Positions 14,476-14,750 of a stretch of 14,750 nt of DNA are shown piece after piece. Source of the DNA: Candidatus Undinarchaeota archaeon (GTDB lineage Archaea > SpSt-1190). The stretch is from NCBI GenBank assembly GCA_964449215.1, contig CAYVAH010000010.1, positions 1 to 14,750 of the forward strand, written 5' to 3'. Numbering within the stretch: position 1 is the stretch's first letter; each line of letters opens with the position of its first letter. A model generated the notes under the pieces. The model did not search any database. It was given only the letters and a program-made list of their open reading frames with translations, and was not told the DNA's origin. Position numbers and translations under genes: made by a program.

Positions 14476-14750
14476 ATTCCTTCAGCTTTTCGATTGCCCT
14501 TACCAGCATCCCTTTGTTTTCTGGATTCCTGAGCACAGCTGCCGGGTGAATTGCCGGAATCACCGTGACTTCTCCAAGTATGGTTACCACTTTTCTCTCC
14601 ACTCCGTTTTCCTTGAACATGCCTGACCATGGGAGCCCATATTTCCTGGCTATGGTTTCCCCTGCAACCGCACCCAGGGGGACGATGACCCTCGGTCCGA
14701 TGCTTTCGAGCTGCATGTTCAGGTAGGGGATGCATGCCTCCATCTCTTCC
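14468..14750 (-). CDS. udg: Uracil-DNA glycosylase family 4, C-terminal part (5' end lies beyond the window)
   Basis: EEMEACIPYL..QL..I.PRVIVPLGAVA and HPAAVLRNP (motif B); the frame is open to the window edge. Confidence 0.88.
   Translation of the reverse strand, partial: EEMEACIPYLNMQLESIGPRVIVPLGAVAGETIARKYGLPWSGMFKENGVERKVVTILGEVTVIPAIHPAAVLRNPENKGMLVRAIEKLKEFI

Overview
Compact, gene-dense archaeal DNA. Supporting signs are TATA/BRE-like boxes about 20-28 nt before several starts, the archaea/eukaryote-type TYW1, an archaeal-type PDO and a tRNA-Gly without encoded CCA. A DPANN-like origin is an inference from the surface-protein domain types and the overlapping gene ends. The left 4.5 kb is a four-gene cell-surface cluster: a 5'-truncated Gly-rich/Ig-like adhesin, a small secreted protein paralogous to the adhesin's C-terminal domain, and two membrane-anchored Ig-like proteins. 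This layout suggests an undescribed archaeal pilus or WxL-like surface complex and is the top finding. Next come two orphan genes (one with ~43-aa helical repeats), REP-like palindromes abutting tRNA-Gly(TCC), an EamA transporter, and a type II P-type ATPase with atypical ion-binding residues. These are followed by a 733-aa secreted protein with Cys-bracketed helical hairpins, TYW1, a bifunctional GMP/PMI, a PDO divergent from a ferredoxin across a palindromic promoter, and a truncated family-4 UDG. All calls come from manual motif reading; no searches were run.
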